NCBI GenBank assembly: GCA_964016885.1
Contig: OZ024744.1
Location: 133,920,001-133,984,000, forward strand
Reading direction: 5' to 3'
DNA: 64,000 bases
Source of the DNA: Eledone cirrhosa
Lineage: Eukaryota
This document shows positions 35,801 through 48,500 of the stretch, in pieces (position 1 is the stretch's first letter; every line of letters begins with the position of its first letter). The notes under the pieces were generated by a model that saw only the letters and a program-made list of their open reading frames with translations, was not told where the DNA came from and did not search any database. The position numbers and the translations under genes are program-made.

Positions 35801-38800
35801 GTTAATTTAATTTGGGGTTAAGTTAAGTTGGGGTTAAGTTAAGTTGGGGCTAAGTTAAGTTGGGGTTAAGTTAAGTTGGGTTTAAGTTAAGTTGGGGTTA
35901 AGTTAAGTTGGGGTCAAGTTAAGTTGGGGTTAAGTTAAGTTGGTTAGTTAAGTTGAGTTTAAGTTAAGTTGGGGTTAATTTAAGTTGGGGTTAAGTTAAG
36001 TTGGGGTTAAGTTAAGTTGGGGTTAAGATAGGGTTAAATTAAGTTGGGGTTAAGTTAAGTTGGGGTTAAGTTAAGTTGGGGTTAAGTTAAGTTGGGGTTA
36101 AGTTAAGTCGGGGTTAAGTTAAGTCGGGGCTAAGTTAAGTTAGGGTTCAGTTAAGTTGGGGTTAAGTTAAGTTGGGGTTGAGTTAAGTTGGGGTTGAGTT
36201 AAATTGGGGTTGAGTTAAGTTGGGGTTGAGTTAAGTTGGTGTTGAGTTAAGTTGGGGTTAAGTTAAGTTGGGGTTAAGTTAAGTTGCAGTTAAGTTAAGT
36301 TGAGGTTAAGTTAAGGTGGGGTTAAGTTAAGTCGGGGTTAAGTTAAGTTGTGGTTGAGTTAAGTTGGGGTTAATTTAAGTTGGGGCTAAGTTAATTTGTG
36401 GTTAAGTTAAGTTGGGGTTAAGTTAAGTTGGGGTTAAGTTAAGTTGGGGTTGAGTTAAGTTGGGGTTGAGTTAATTTGGGGTTAAGTTAAGTTGGGGTTA
36501 ATTTAAGTTGGGTTTAAGTTAATTTGGGCTTAAATTAAGTTGGGGTTAAATTAAGTTGGGGTTAAGTTAAGTTGGGGGTAAGTTAAGTTGGCGGCAAGTT
36601 AAGTTGGGGTTAATTTAAGTTGGGGTTAAATTAAGTTGGGGTTACGTTAAGTTGGTGTTAAGTTAAGTTGGGGTTAATTTAAGTTGGGGTTAATTAAGTT
36701 GGGGTTAAGTTAAGTTGGGGTCAAGTTAAGTTGGGGTTAATTTAAGTTGGGGTTGAGTTAAGTTGGGGTTAAGTTAAGTTGGGGTTATATTAAGTTGGGG
36801 TTAAGTTAAGTTGGGGTTCAGTTAAGTTGGGGATAAGTTAAGTTGGGGTTAAGTTAAGTTGGGGCTAAGTTAAGTTGGGGCTGAGTTAAGTTGGGGCTGA
36901 GTTAAGTTGGGGTTAAGTTAAGTTGGGGTTGAGTTAAGTTGGGGTTAAGTTAAGTTGGGGTCAAGTTAAGTTGGGGTTAAGTTGGGGTTAAGTTAAGTTA
37001 GGTTTAAGTTAAGTTGGGGTTAAGTTAAGTTGGGGTTAAGTTAAGTTGGTTAGTTAAGTTGAGTTTAAGTTAAGTTGGGGTTAATTTAAGTTGGGATTAA
37101 GTTAAGTTGGGGTTAAGTTAAGTTGGGGTTAAGTTAAGTTGGGGTTAAGTTAAGTTGGGGTTAAGTTAAGTCGGGGTTAATTTAAGTCGGGGTTAAGTTA
37201 AGTTAGGGTTCAGTTAAGTTGGGGTTAAGTTAAGTTGGGGTTGAGTTAAGTTGGGGTTGAGTTAAATTGGCGTTGAGTTAAGTTGGGGTTGAGTTAAGTT
37301 GGTGTTGAGTTAAGTTGGGGTTAAGTTAAGTTGGGGTTAAGTTAAGTTGCAGTTAAGTTAAGTTGAGGTTAAGTTAAGGTGGGGTTAAGTTAAGTCGGGG
37401 TTAAGTTAAGTTGTGGTTGAGTTAAGTTGGGGTTAATTTAAGTTGGGGCTAAGTTAATTTGTGGTTAAGTTAAGTTGGGGTTAAGTTAAGTTGGGGTTAA
37501 GTTAAGTTGGGGTTGAGTTAAGTTGGGGTTGAGTTAATTTGGGGTTAAGTTAAGTTGGGGTTAAGTTAAGTTGGGTTTAAGTTAAGTTGGGGTTAAATTA
37601 AGTTGGGTTTAAATTAAGGTGGGGTTAAGTTAAGTTGGGGGTAAGTTAAGTTGGGGGCAAGTTAAGTTGGGGTTAATTTAAGTTGGGGTTAAATTAAGTT
37701 GGGGTTACGTTAAGTTGGTGTTAAGTTAAGTTGGGGTTAATTTAAGTTGGGGTTAATTAAGTTGGGGTTAATTTAAGTTGGGGTTAAGTTAAGTTGGGGT
37801 TAATTTAAGTTGGGGTTAATTAAGTTGGGGTTAATTTAAGTTGGGGTTAAGTTAAGTTGGGGTTAATTTAAGTTGGGGTTGAGTTAAGTTGGGGTTCAGT
37901 TAAGTTGGGGATAAGTTAAGTTGGGGTTAAGTTAAGTTGGGGTTAAGTTAAGTTGGGGTTAAGTTAAGTTGGTGTTAAGTTAAGTTGGGGCTAAGTTAAG
38001 TTGGGGCTGAGTTAAGTTGGGGCTGAGTTATGTTGGGGTTAAGTTAAGTTGGGGTTAAGTTAAGTTGGGGTTAATTTAAGTTGGGGTTTATTTAAGTTGG
38101 GGTTACGTTAAGTTGGTGTTAAGTTAAGTTGGGGTTAATTTAAGTTGGGGTTAATTAAGTTGGGGTTAAGTTAAGTTGGGGTTAATTTAAGTTGGGGTTG
38201 AGTTAAGTTGGGGTTAAGTTAAGTTGGGGTTATATTAAGTTGGGGTTAAGTTAAGTTGGGGTTCAGTTAAGTTGGGTATAAGTTAAGTTGGGGTTAAGTT
38301 AAGTTGGGGTTAAGTTAAGTTGGGGTTAAGTTAAGTTGGTGTTAAGTTAAGTTGGGGCTAAGTTAAGTTGGGGCTGAGTTAAGTTGGGGCTGAGTTAAGT
38401 TGGGGTTAAGTTGGGGTCAAGTTAAGTTGGGGTTAAGTTGGGGTTAAGTTAAGTTAGGTTTAAGTTAAGTTGGGGTTAAGTTAAGTTGGGGTTAAGTTAA
38501 GTTGGGGTTAAGTTCATTTCTGGTTAAGTTAAGTTGGGGTAAAGTTAAGTTGGGGTTAAGTTAAGTCGGGGTTAAGTTAAGTTGGGGTTAAGTTAAGTTG
38601 GGGTTAATTTAAGTTGGGGTTAAGTTAAGTTGGGGTCAAGTTAAGTTGGGGTTAAGTTGGGGTTAAGTTAAGTTAGGTTTAAGTTAAGTTGGGGTTAAGT
38701 TAAGTTGGGGTTAAGTTAAGTTGGGGTTAAGTTAAGTTGGGGTTAAGTTAAGTTGGGGTTAAGTTAATTTGTGGTTAAGTTAAGTTGGGGTTAAGTTAAG

Positions 38801-39621
38801 TTGGGGTTAAGTTAAGTTGGGGTTAAGTTAAGTCGGGGTTAAGTTAAGTTGGGGTTAAGTTAAGTTGGGGTTAATTTAAGTTGGGGTTGAATTAAGTTGG
38901 GGTTAAGTTAAGTTGGGGTTAAATTAAGTTGGGGTTAAGTTAAGTTGGGGTTAAGTCAAGTTGGGGTTAAGTTAAGTTGGGGATAAGTTAAGTTGGGGAT
39001 AATTTAAGTTGGGGTTAAGTTAAGTTGGGTTTAAGTTAAGTTGGGGTTAAGTTAAGTTGGGGTTAAGTTAAGTTGGGGTTAAGTTAAGTTGGGGTTAAGT
39101 TAAGTTGGGGTTAAGTTAAGTTGGGGCTAAGTTAAGTTGGGGCTGAGTTAAGTTGGGGTTAAGTTAAGTTGGGCTTAATTTAAGTCGGGGTTAAGTTAAG
39201 TTAGGGTTCAGTTAAGTTGGGGTTAAGTTAAGTTGGGGTTGAGTTAAGTTGGGGTTGAGTTAAATTGGGGTTGAGTTAAGTTGGGGTTGAGTTAAGTTGG
39301 TGTTGAATTAAGTTGGGGTTCAGTTAAGTTGGGGTTAAGTTAAGTTGCAGTTAAGTTAAGTTGAGGTTAAGTTAAGGTGCGGTTAAGTTAAGTTGGGGTT
39401 AAGTTAAGTTGGGGCTAAGTTAAGTTGGGGCTAAGTTAAGTTGGGGCTAAGTTAAGTTGGGGTTAAGTTAAGTTGGGGTTAAGTTAAGTTGGTTAGTTAA
39501 GTTGAGTTTAAGTTAAGTTGGGGTTAATTTAAGTTGGGGTTAAGTTATGTTGGGTTTAAGTTAAGTTGGGGTTAAGTTAAGTTGGGGTTAAGTTAAGTTG
39601 GGGTTAAGTTAAGTTGGGGTT

Positions 39622-39794
39622 AACCCCAACTTAACTTAACCCCAACTTCACTCAACCCCAACGTAACTCAACCCCAACTTAACTTAACCCCAACTTCACT
39701 CAACCCCAACTTAACTTAACCCCAACTTCACTCAACCCCAACTTCCAACTTGACTTAACCCCAACTTAACTTAGCCCCAACTTAACTTAAGCCC
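39622..39794 (-). repeat. Inverted island, copy 4
   Basis: Same block, lacking both the CCAC and TATC variants. Confidence 0.97.
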
Positions 39795-42595
39795 TAAGTC
39801 GGGGTTAAGTTAAGTTGGCGTTAAGTTAAGTTAGGCTTAACTTAAGTTGGGGTTCAGTTAAGTTGGGGGTAAGTTAAGTTGGGGGTAAGTTAAGTTGGGG
39901 TTAAGTTAAGTTGCGGTTAAGTTGGGGTTAAGTTAAGTTAGGGTTAAGTTAAGTTGGGGTTGAGTTAAGTTGGGGTTAATTAAGTGGTGGTTATGTTAAG
40001 TTGGGGTTAAGTTAAGTTGGGGTTAATTTAAATTGGGGTTAAGTTAACTTTGTGGTTAAGTTAAGTTGGGGTTAAGTTAAGTTGGGGTTAAGTTGGGGTT
40101 GAGTTAAGTTGGGGTTGAGTGAAGTTGGGGTTAAGTTAAGTTAAGTTGGGGTTAAGTTAAGTCGGGGTTAAGTTAAGTTGTGGTTGATTTAAGTTGGGGT
40201 TAATTTAAGTTGGGGCTAAGTTAATTTGTGGTTAAGTTAAGTTGGGGTTAAGTTAAGTTGGGGATAAGTTAAGTTGGGGTTGAGTTAAGTTGGGGTTGAG
40301 TTAATTTGGGGTTAAGTTAAGTTGGGGTTAATTTAAGTTGGGTTTAAGTTAATTTGGGTTTAAATTAAGTTGGGGTTAAATTAAGTTGGGGTTAAGTTAA
40401 GTTGGGGGTAAGTTAAGTTGGGGGCAAGTTAAGTTGGGGTTAATTTAAGTTGGGGTTAAGTTAAGTTGGGGTTCAGTTAAGTTGGGGATAAGTTAAGTTG
40501 GGGTTAAGTTAAGTTGGGGCTAAGTTAAGTTGGGGCTGAGTTAAGTTGGGGCTGAGTTAAGTTGGGGTTAAGTTAAGTTGGGGTTGAGTTAAGTTGGGGT
40601 TAAGTTAAGTTGGGGTCAAGTTAAGTTGGGGTTAAGTTGGGGTTAAGTTAAGTTAGGTTTAAGTTAAGTTGGGGTTAAGTTAAGTTGGGGTTACGTTAAG
40701 TTGGGGTTAAGTTAAGTTGGGGTTAAGTTAAGTTGGTGTTAAGTTAAGTTGGGGCTAAGTTAAGTTGGGGCTGAGTTAAGTTGGGGTTGAGTTAAGTTGG
40801 GGTTAAGTTAAGTTGGGGTTGAGTTAAGTTGGGGTTAAGTTAAGTTGGGGTCAAGTTAAGTTGGGGTTAAGTTGGGGTTAAGTTAAGTTAGGTTTAAGTT
40901 AAGTTGGGGTTAAGTTAAGTTGGGGTTAAGTTAAGTTGGGGTTAAGTTAATTTGTGGTTAAGTTAAGTTGGGGTTAAGTTAAGTTGGGGTTAAGTTAAGT
41001 TGGGGTTAAATTAAGTTGGGGTTAAGTTAAGTTGGGGTTAAGTTAAGTTGGGGTTAAGTTAAGTTGGGGATAAGTTAAGTTGGGGATAATTTAAGTTGGG
41101 GTTAAGTTAAGTTGGGTTTAAGTTAAGTTGGGGTTAAGTTAAGTTGGGGATAAGTTAGGTTGGGGTTAAGTTAAGTTGGGGTTAAGTTAAGTTGAGGCTA
41201 AGTTAAGTTGGGGCTGAGTTAAGTTGGGGTTAAGTTAAGTTGGGGTTAAGTTAAGTTGGGGTTAATTTAACTTGGGGTTAATTAAGTTGGGGTTAAGTTA
41301 AGTTGGGGTTAAGTTAAGATGGGGTTAATTTAAGTTGGGATTGAGTTAAGTTGGGGTTAAGTTAAGTTGGGGTTATATTAAGTTGGGGTTAAGTTAAGTT
41401 GGGGTTCAGTTAAGTTGGGGATAAGTTATGTTGGGGTTAAGTTAAGTTGGGGTTAAGTTAAGTTGGGGTTAAGTTAAGTTGGTGTTAAGTTAAGTTGGGG
41501 CTAAGTTAAGTTGGGGCTGAGTTAAGTTGGGGCTGAGTTAAGTTGGGGTTAAGTTAAGTTGGGGTTGAGTTAAGTTGGGGTTAAGTTAAGTTGGGGTCAA
41601 GTTAAGTCGGGGTTAAGTTGGGGTTAAGTTAAGTTAGGGTTAAGTTAAGTTGGGGTTAAGTTAAGTTGGGGTTAAGTTAAGTTGGGGTTAAGTTAAGTTG
41701 GGGTTAAGTTAAGTTGGGGTTAAGTTAATTTGTGGTTAAGTTAAGTTGGGGTTAAGTTAAGTTGGGGTTAAGTTAAGTTGGGGTTAAGTTAAGTCGGGGT
41801 TAAGTTAAGTTGGGGTTAAGTTAAGTTGGGGTTAATTTAAGTTGGGGTTAAGTTAAGTTGGGGTTAAGTTAAGTTGGGGTTAAGTTAAGATGGGGTTAAG
41901 TTAAGTTGGGGTTAAGTTAAGTTGAGGTTAAGTTAAGTTGGGGTTAAATTAAGTTGGGGTTAAGTTAAGTTGGGGTTAAGTTAAGTTGGGGTTAAGTTAA
42001 GTTGGGGATAAGTTAAGTTGGGGATAATTTAAGTTGGGGTTAAGTTAAGTTGGGTTTAAGTTAAGTTGGGGTTAAGTTAAGTTGGGGTTAAGTTAAGTTG
42101 GGGTTAAGTTAAGTTGGGGTTAAGTTAAGTTGGGGCTAAGTTAAGTTGGGGCTGAGTTAAGTTGGGGTTAAGTTAAGTTGGGGTTAAGTTAAGTTGGGGT
42201 TAAGTTAAGTTGGGGTTTATTTAAGTTGGGGTTAAATTAAGTTGGGGTTCAGTTAAGTTGGGGTTAAGATAAGTTGGGGTTAAGATGGGGTTAAATTAAG
42301 TTGGGGTTAAGTTAAGTTGGGGTTAAGTTAAGTTGGGGTTAAGTTAAGTTGGGGTTAAGTTAAGTCGGGGTTAAGTTAAGTCGGGGTTAAGTTAAGTTAG
42401 GGTTCAGTTAAGTTGGGGTTAAGTTAAGTTGGGGTTGAGTTAAGTTGGGGTTGAGTTAAATTGGAGTTGAGTTAAGTTGGGGTTGAGTTAAGTTGGTTTT
42501 GAGTTAAGTTGGGGTTAAGTTAAGTTGGGGTTAAGTTAAGTTGCAGTTAAGTTAAGTTGAGGTTAAGTTAAGGTGCGGTTAAGTTAAGTTGGGGC

Positions 42596-45500
42596 TAAGT
42601 TAAGTTGGGGCTAAGTTAAGTTGGGGCTAAGTTAAGTTGGGGTTAAGTTAAGTTGGGGTTAAGTTAAGTCGGGGTTAAGTTAAGTTGGGGTTAAGTTAAG
42701 TTGAGGTTAATTTAATTTGGGGTTAAGTTAAGTTGGGGTTAAGTTAAGTTGGGGCTAAGTTAAGTTGGGGTTAAGTTAAGTTGGGTTTAAGTTAAGTTGG
42801 GGTTAAGTTAAGTTGGGGTCAAGTTAAGTTGGGGTTAAGTTAAGTTGGTTAGTTAAGTTGAGTTTAAGTTAAGTTGGGGTTAATTTAAGTTGGGGTTAAG
42901 TTAAGTTGGGGTTAAGTTAAGTTGGGGTTAAGTTAAGTTGGGGTTAAGTTAAGTCGGGGTTAATTTAAGTCGGGGTTAAGTTAAGTTAGGGTTCAGTTAA
43001 GTTGGGGTTAAGTTAAGTTGGGGTTGAGTTAAGTTGGGGTTGAGTTAAATTGGCGTTGAGTTAAGTTGGGGTTGAGTTAAGTTGGTGTTGAGTTAAGTTG
43101 GGGTTAAGTTAAGTTGGGGTTAAGTTAAGTTGAGGTTAAGTTAAGTTGGGGTTAAATTAAGTTGGGGTTAAGTTAAGTTGGGGTTAAGTTAAGTTGGGGT
43201 TAAGTTAAGTTGGGGATAAGTTAAGTTGGGGATAATTTAAGTTGGGGTTAAGTTAAGTTGGGTTTAAGTTAAGTTGGGGTTAAGTTAAGTTGGGGTTAAA
43301 TTAAGTTGGGGTTAAATTAAGTTGGGGTTAAGTTAAGTTGGGGTTAAGTTAAGTTGGGGCTAAGTTAAGTTGGGGCTGAGTTAAGTTGGGGTTAAGTTAA
43401 GTTGGGGTTAAGTTAAGTTGGGGTTAAGTTAAGTTGGGGTTTATATAAGTTGGGGTTAAGTTAAGTTGGGGTTCAGTTAAGTTGGGGTTAAGTTAAGTTG
43501 GGGTTAAGATAGGGTTAAATTAAGTTGGGGTTAAGTTAAGTTGGGGTTAAGTTAAGTTGGGGTTAAGTTAAGTTGGGGTTAAGTTAAGTCGGGGTTAAGT
43601 TAAGTCGGGATTAAGTTAAGTTAGGGTTCAGTTAAGTTGGGGTTAAGTTAAGTTGGGGTTGAGTTAAGTTGGGGTTGAGTTAAATTGGGGTTGAGTTAAG
43701 TTGGGGTTGAGTTAAGTTGGTGTTGAGTTAAGTTGGGGTTAAGTTAAGTTGGGGTTAAGTTAAGTTGCAGTTAAGTTAAGTTGAGGTTAAGTTAAGGTGG
43801 GGTTAAGTTAAGTCGGGGTTAAGTTAAGTTGTGGTTGAGTTAAGTTGGGGTTAATTTAAGTTGGGGCTAAGTTAATTTGTGGTTAAGTTAAGTTGGGGTT
43901 AAGTTAAGTTGGGGTTAAGTTAAGTTGGGGTTGAGTTAAGTTGGGGTTGAGTTAATTTGGGGTTAAGTTAAGTTGGGGTTAATTTAAGTTGGGTTTAAGT
44001 TAATTTGGGCTTAAATTAAGTTGGGGTTAAATTAAGTTGGGGTTAAGTTAAGTTGGGGGTAAGTTAAGTTGGCGGCAAGTTAAGTTGGGGTTAATTTAAG
44101 TTGGGGTTAAATTAAGTTGGGGTTACGTTAAGTTGGTGTTAAGTTAAGTTGGGGTTAATTTAAGTTGGGGTTAATTAAGTTGGGGTTAAGTTAAGTTGGG
44201 GTTAAGTTAAGTTGGGGTTAATTTAAGTTGGGGTTGAGTTAAGTTGGGGTTAAGTTAAGTTGGGGTTATATTAAGTTGGGGTTAAGTTAAGTTGGGGTTC
44301 AGTTAAGTTGGGGATAAGTTAAGTTGGGGTTAAGTTAAGTTGGGGCTAAGTTAAGTTGGGGCTGAGTTAAGTTGGGGCTGAGTTAAGTTGGGGTTAAGTT
44401 AAGTTGGGGTTGAGTTAAGTTGGGGTTAAGTTAAGTTGTGGTCAAGTTAAGTTGGGGTTAAGTTGGGGTTAAGTTAAGTTAGGTTTAAGTTAAGTTGGGG
44501 TTAAGTTAAGTTGGGGTTACGTTAAGTTGGTGTTAAGTTAAGTTGGGGTTAATTTAAGTTGGGGTTAATTAAGTTGGGGTTAAGTTAAGTTGGGGTTAAG
44601 TTAAGTTGGGGTTAATTTAAGTTGGGGTTGAGTTAAGTTGGGGTTAAGTTAAGTTGGGGTAATATTAAGTTGGGGTTAAGTTAAGTTGGGGTTCAGTTAA
44701 GTTGGGGATAAGTTAAGTTGGGGTTAAGTTAAGTTGGGGTTAAGTTAAGTTGGGGTTAAGTTAAGTTGGTGTTAAGTTGGGGTTAAGTTAAGTTAGGTTT
44801 AAGTTAAGTTGGGGTTAAGTTAAGTTGGGGTTAAGTTAAGTTGGGGTTAAGTTAATTTGTGGTTAAGTTAAGTTGGGGTTAAGTTAAGTTGGGGTTAAGT
44901 TAAGTTGGGGTTAATTTAAGTTGGGGTTAAGTTAAGTTGGGGTTAAGTTAAGTTGGGGTTAAGTTAAGATGGGGTTAAGTTAAGTTGGGGTTAAGTTAAG
45001 TTGAGGTTAAGTTAAGTTGGGGTTAAATTAAGTTGGGGTTAAGTTAAGTTGGGGTTAAGTTAAGTTGGGGTTAAGTTAAGTTGGGGATAAGTTAAGTTGG
45101 GGATAATTTAAGTTGGGGTTAAGTTAAGTTGGGTTTAAGTTAAGTTGGGGTTAAGTTAAGTTGGGGTTAAGTTAAGTTGGGGTTAAGTTAAGTTGGGGTT
45201 AAGTTAAGTTGGGGTTAAGTTAAGTTGGGGCTAAGTTAAGTTGGGGCTGAGTTAAGTTGGGGTTAAGTTAAGTTGGGGTTAAGTTAAGTTGGGGTTAAGT
45301 TAAGTTGGGGTTTATTTAAGTTGGGGTTAAATTAAGTTGGGGTTCAGTTAAGTTGGGGTTAAGATAAGTTGGGGTTAAGATGGGGTTAAATTAAGTTGGG
45401 GTTAAGTTAAGTTGGGGTTAAGTTAAGTTGGGGTTAAGTTAAGTTGGGGTTAAGTTAAGTCGGGGTTAAGTTAAGTCGGGGTTAAGTTAAGTTAGGGTTC

Positions 45501-48500
45501 AGTTAAGTTGGGGTTAAGTTAAGTTGGGGTTGAGTTAAGTTGGGGTTGAGTTAAATTGGAGTTGAGTTAAGTTGGGGTTGAGTTAAGTTGGTTTTGAGTT
45601 AAGTTGGGGTTAAGTTAAGTTGGGGTTAAGTTAAGTTGCAGTTAAGTTAAGTTGAGGTTAAGTTAAGGTGCGGTTAAGTTAAGTTGGGGCTAAGTTAAGT
45701 TGGGGCTAAGTTAAGTTGGGGCTAAGTTAAGTTGGGGTTAAGTTAAGTTGGGGTTAAGTTAAGTCGGGGTTAAGTTAAGTTGGGGTTAAGTTAAGTTGAG
45801 GTTAATTTAATTTGGGGTTAAGTTAAGTTGGGGTTAAGTTAAGTTGGGGCTAAGTTAAGTTGGGGTTAAGTTAAGTTGGGTTTAAGTTAAGTTGGGGTTA
45901 AGTTAAGTTGGGGTCAAGTTAAGTTGGGGTTAAGTTAAGTTGGTTAGTTAAGTTGAGTTTAAGTTAAGTTGGGGTTAATTTAAGTTGGGGTTAAGTTAAG
46001 TTGGGGTTAAGTTAAGTTGGGGTTAAGATAGGGTTAAATTAAGTTGGGGTTAAGTTAAGTTGGGGTTAAGTTAAGTTGGGGTTAAGTTAAGTTGGGGTTA
46101 AGTTAAGTCGGGGTTAAGTTAAGTCGGGGCTAAGTTAAGTTAGGGTTCAGTTAAGTTGGGGTTAAGTTAAGTTGGGGTTGAGTTAAGTTGGGGTTGAGTT
46201 AAATTGGGGTTGAGTTAAGTTGGGGTTGAGTTAAGTTGGTGTTGAGTTAAGTTGGGGTTAAGTTAAGTTGGGGTTAAGTTAAGTTGCAGTTAAGTTAAGT
46301 TGAGGTTAAGTTAAGGTGGGGTTAAGTTAAGTCGGGGTTAAGTTAAGTTGTGGTTGAGTTAAGTTGGGGTTAATTTAAGTTGGGGCTAAGTTAATTTGTG
46401 GTTAAGTTAAGTTGGGGTTAAGTTAAGTTGGGGTTAAGTTAAGTTGGGGCTAAGTTAAGTTGGGGCTAAGTTAAGTTGGGGTTAAGTTAAGTTGGGGTTA
46501 AGTTAAGTCGGGGTTAAGTTAAGTTGGGGTTAAGTTAAGTTGAGGTTAATTTAATTTGGGGTTAAGTTAAGTTGGGGTTAAGTTAAGTTGGGGCTAAGTT
46601 AAGTTGGGGTTAAGTTAAGTTGGGTTTAAGTTAAGTTGGGGTTAAGTTAAGTTGGGGTCAAGTTAAGTTGGGGTTAAGTTAAGTTGGTTAGTTAAGTTGA
46701 GTTTAAGTTAAGTTGGGGTTAATTTAAGTTGGGGTTAAGTTAAGTTGGGGTTAAGTTAAGTTGGGGTTAAGTTAAGTTGGGGTTAAGTTAAGTCGGGGTT
46801 AATTTAAGTCGGGGTTAAGTTAAGTTAGGGTTCAGTTAAGTTGGGGTTAAGTTAAGTTGGGGTTGAGTTAAGTTGGGGTTGAGTTAAATTGGCGTTGAGT
46901 TAAGTTGGGGTTGAGTTAAGTTGGTGTTGAGTTAAGTTGGGGTTAAGTTAAGTTGGGGTTAAGTTAAGTTGAGGTTAAGTTAAGTTGGGGTTAAATTAAG
47001 TTGGGGTTAAGTTAAGTTGGGGTTAAGTTAAGTTGGGGTTAAGTTAAGTTGGGGATAAGTTAAGTTGGGGATAATTTAAGTTGGGGTTAAGTTAAGTTGG
47101 GTTTAAGTTAAGTTGGGGTTAAGTTAAGTTGGGGTTAAATTAAGTTGGGGTTAAATTAAGTTGGGGTTAAGTTAAGTTGGGGTTAAGTTAAGTTGGGGCT
47201 AAGTTAAGTTGGGGCTGAGTTAAGTTGGGGTTAAGTTAAGTTGGGGTTAAGTTAAGTTGGGGTTAAGTTAAGTTGGGGTTTATATAAGTTGGGGTTAAGT
47301 TAAGTTGGGGTTCAGTTAAGTTGGGGTTAAGTTAAGTTGGGGTTAAGATAGGGTTAAATTAAGTTGGGGTTAAGTTAAGTTGGGGTTAAGTTAAGTTGGG
47401 GTTAAGTTAAGTTGGGGTTAAGTTAAGTCGGGGTTAAGTTAAGTCGGGATTAAGTTAAGTTAGGGTTCAGTTAAGTTGGGGTTAAGTTAAGTTGGGGTTG
47501 AGTTAAGTTGGGGTTGAGTTAAATTGGGGTTGAGTTAAGTTGGGGTTGAGTTAAGTTGGTGTTGAGTTAAGTTGGGGTTAAGTTAAGTTGGGGTTAAGTT
47601 AAGTTGCAGTTAAGTTAAGTTGAGGTTAAGTTAAGGTGGGGTTAAGTTAAGTCGGGGTTAAGTTAAGTTGTGGTTGAGTTAAGTTGGGGTTAATTTAAGT
47701 TGGGGCTAAGTTAATTTGTGGTTAAGTTAAGTTGGGGTTAAGTTAAGTTGGGGTTAAGTTAAGTTGGGGTTGAGTTAAGTTGGGGTTGAGTTAATTTGGG
47801 GTTAAGTTAAGTTGGGGTTAATTTAAGTTGGGTTTAAGTTAATTTGGGCTTAAATTAAGTTGGGGTTAAATTAAGTTGGGGTTAAGTTAAGTTGGGGGTA
47901 AGTTAAGTTGGCGGCAAGTTAAGTTGGGGTTAATTTAAGTTGGGGTTAAATTAAGTTGGGGTTACGTTAAGTTGGTGTTAAGTTAAGTTGGGGTTAATTT
48001 AAGTTGGGGTTAATTAAGTTGGGGTTAAGTTAAGTTGGGGTTAAGTTAAGTTGGGGTTAATTTAAGTTGGGGTTGAGTTAAGTTGGGGTTAAGTTAAGTT
48101 GGGGTTATATTAAGTTGGGGTTAAGTTAAGTTGGGGTTCAGTTAAGTTGGGGATAAGTTAAGTTGGGGTTAAGTTAAGTTGGGGCTAAGTTAAGTTGGGG
48201 CTGAGTTAAGTTGGGGCTGAGTTAAGTTGGGGTTAAGTTAAGTTGGGGTTGAGTTAAGTTGGGGTTAAGTTAAGTTGTGGTCAAGTTAAGTTGGGGTTAA
48301 GTTGGGGTTAAGTTAAGTTAGGTTTAAGTTAAGTTGGGGTTAAGTTAAGTTGGGGTTACGTTAAGTTGGTGTTAAGTTAAGTTGGGGTTAATTTAAGTTG
48401 GGGTTAATTAAGTTGGGGTTAAGTTAAGTTGGGGTTAAGTTAAGTTGGGGTTAATTTAAGTTGGGGTTGAGTTAAGTTGGGGTTAAGTTAAGTTGGGGTA

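Noticed and set aside
34661-44661. Marker offset of exactly 10,000 bp, suggesting a synthetic or pipeline artefact
   Set aside because: It is explained arithmetically as 9,984 + one 16-bp monomer and holds only over part of the unit.
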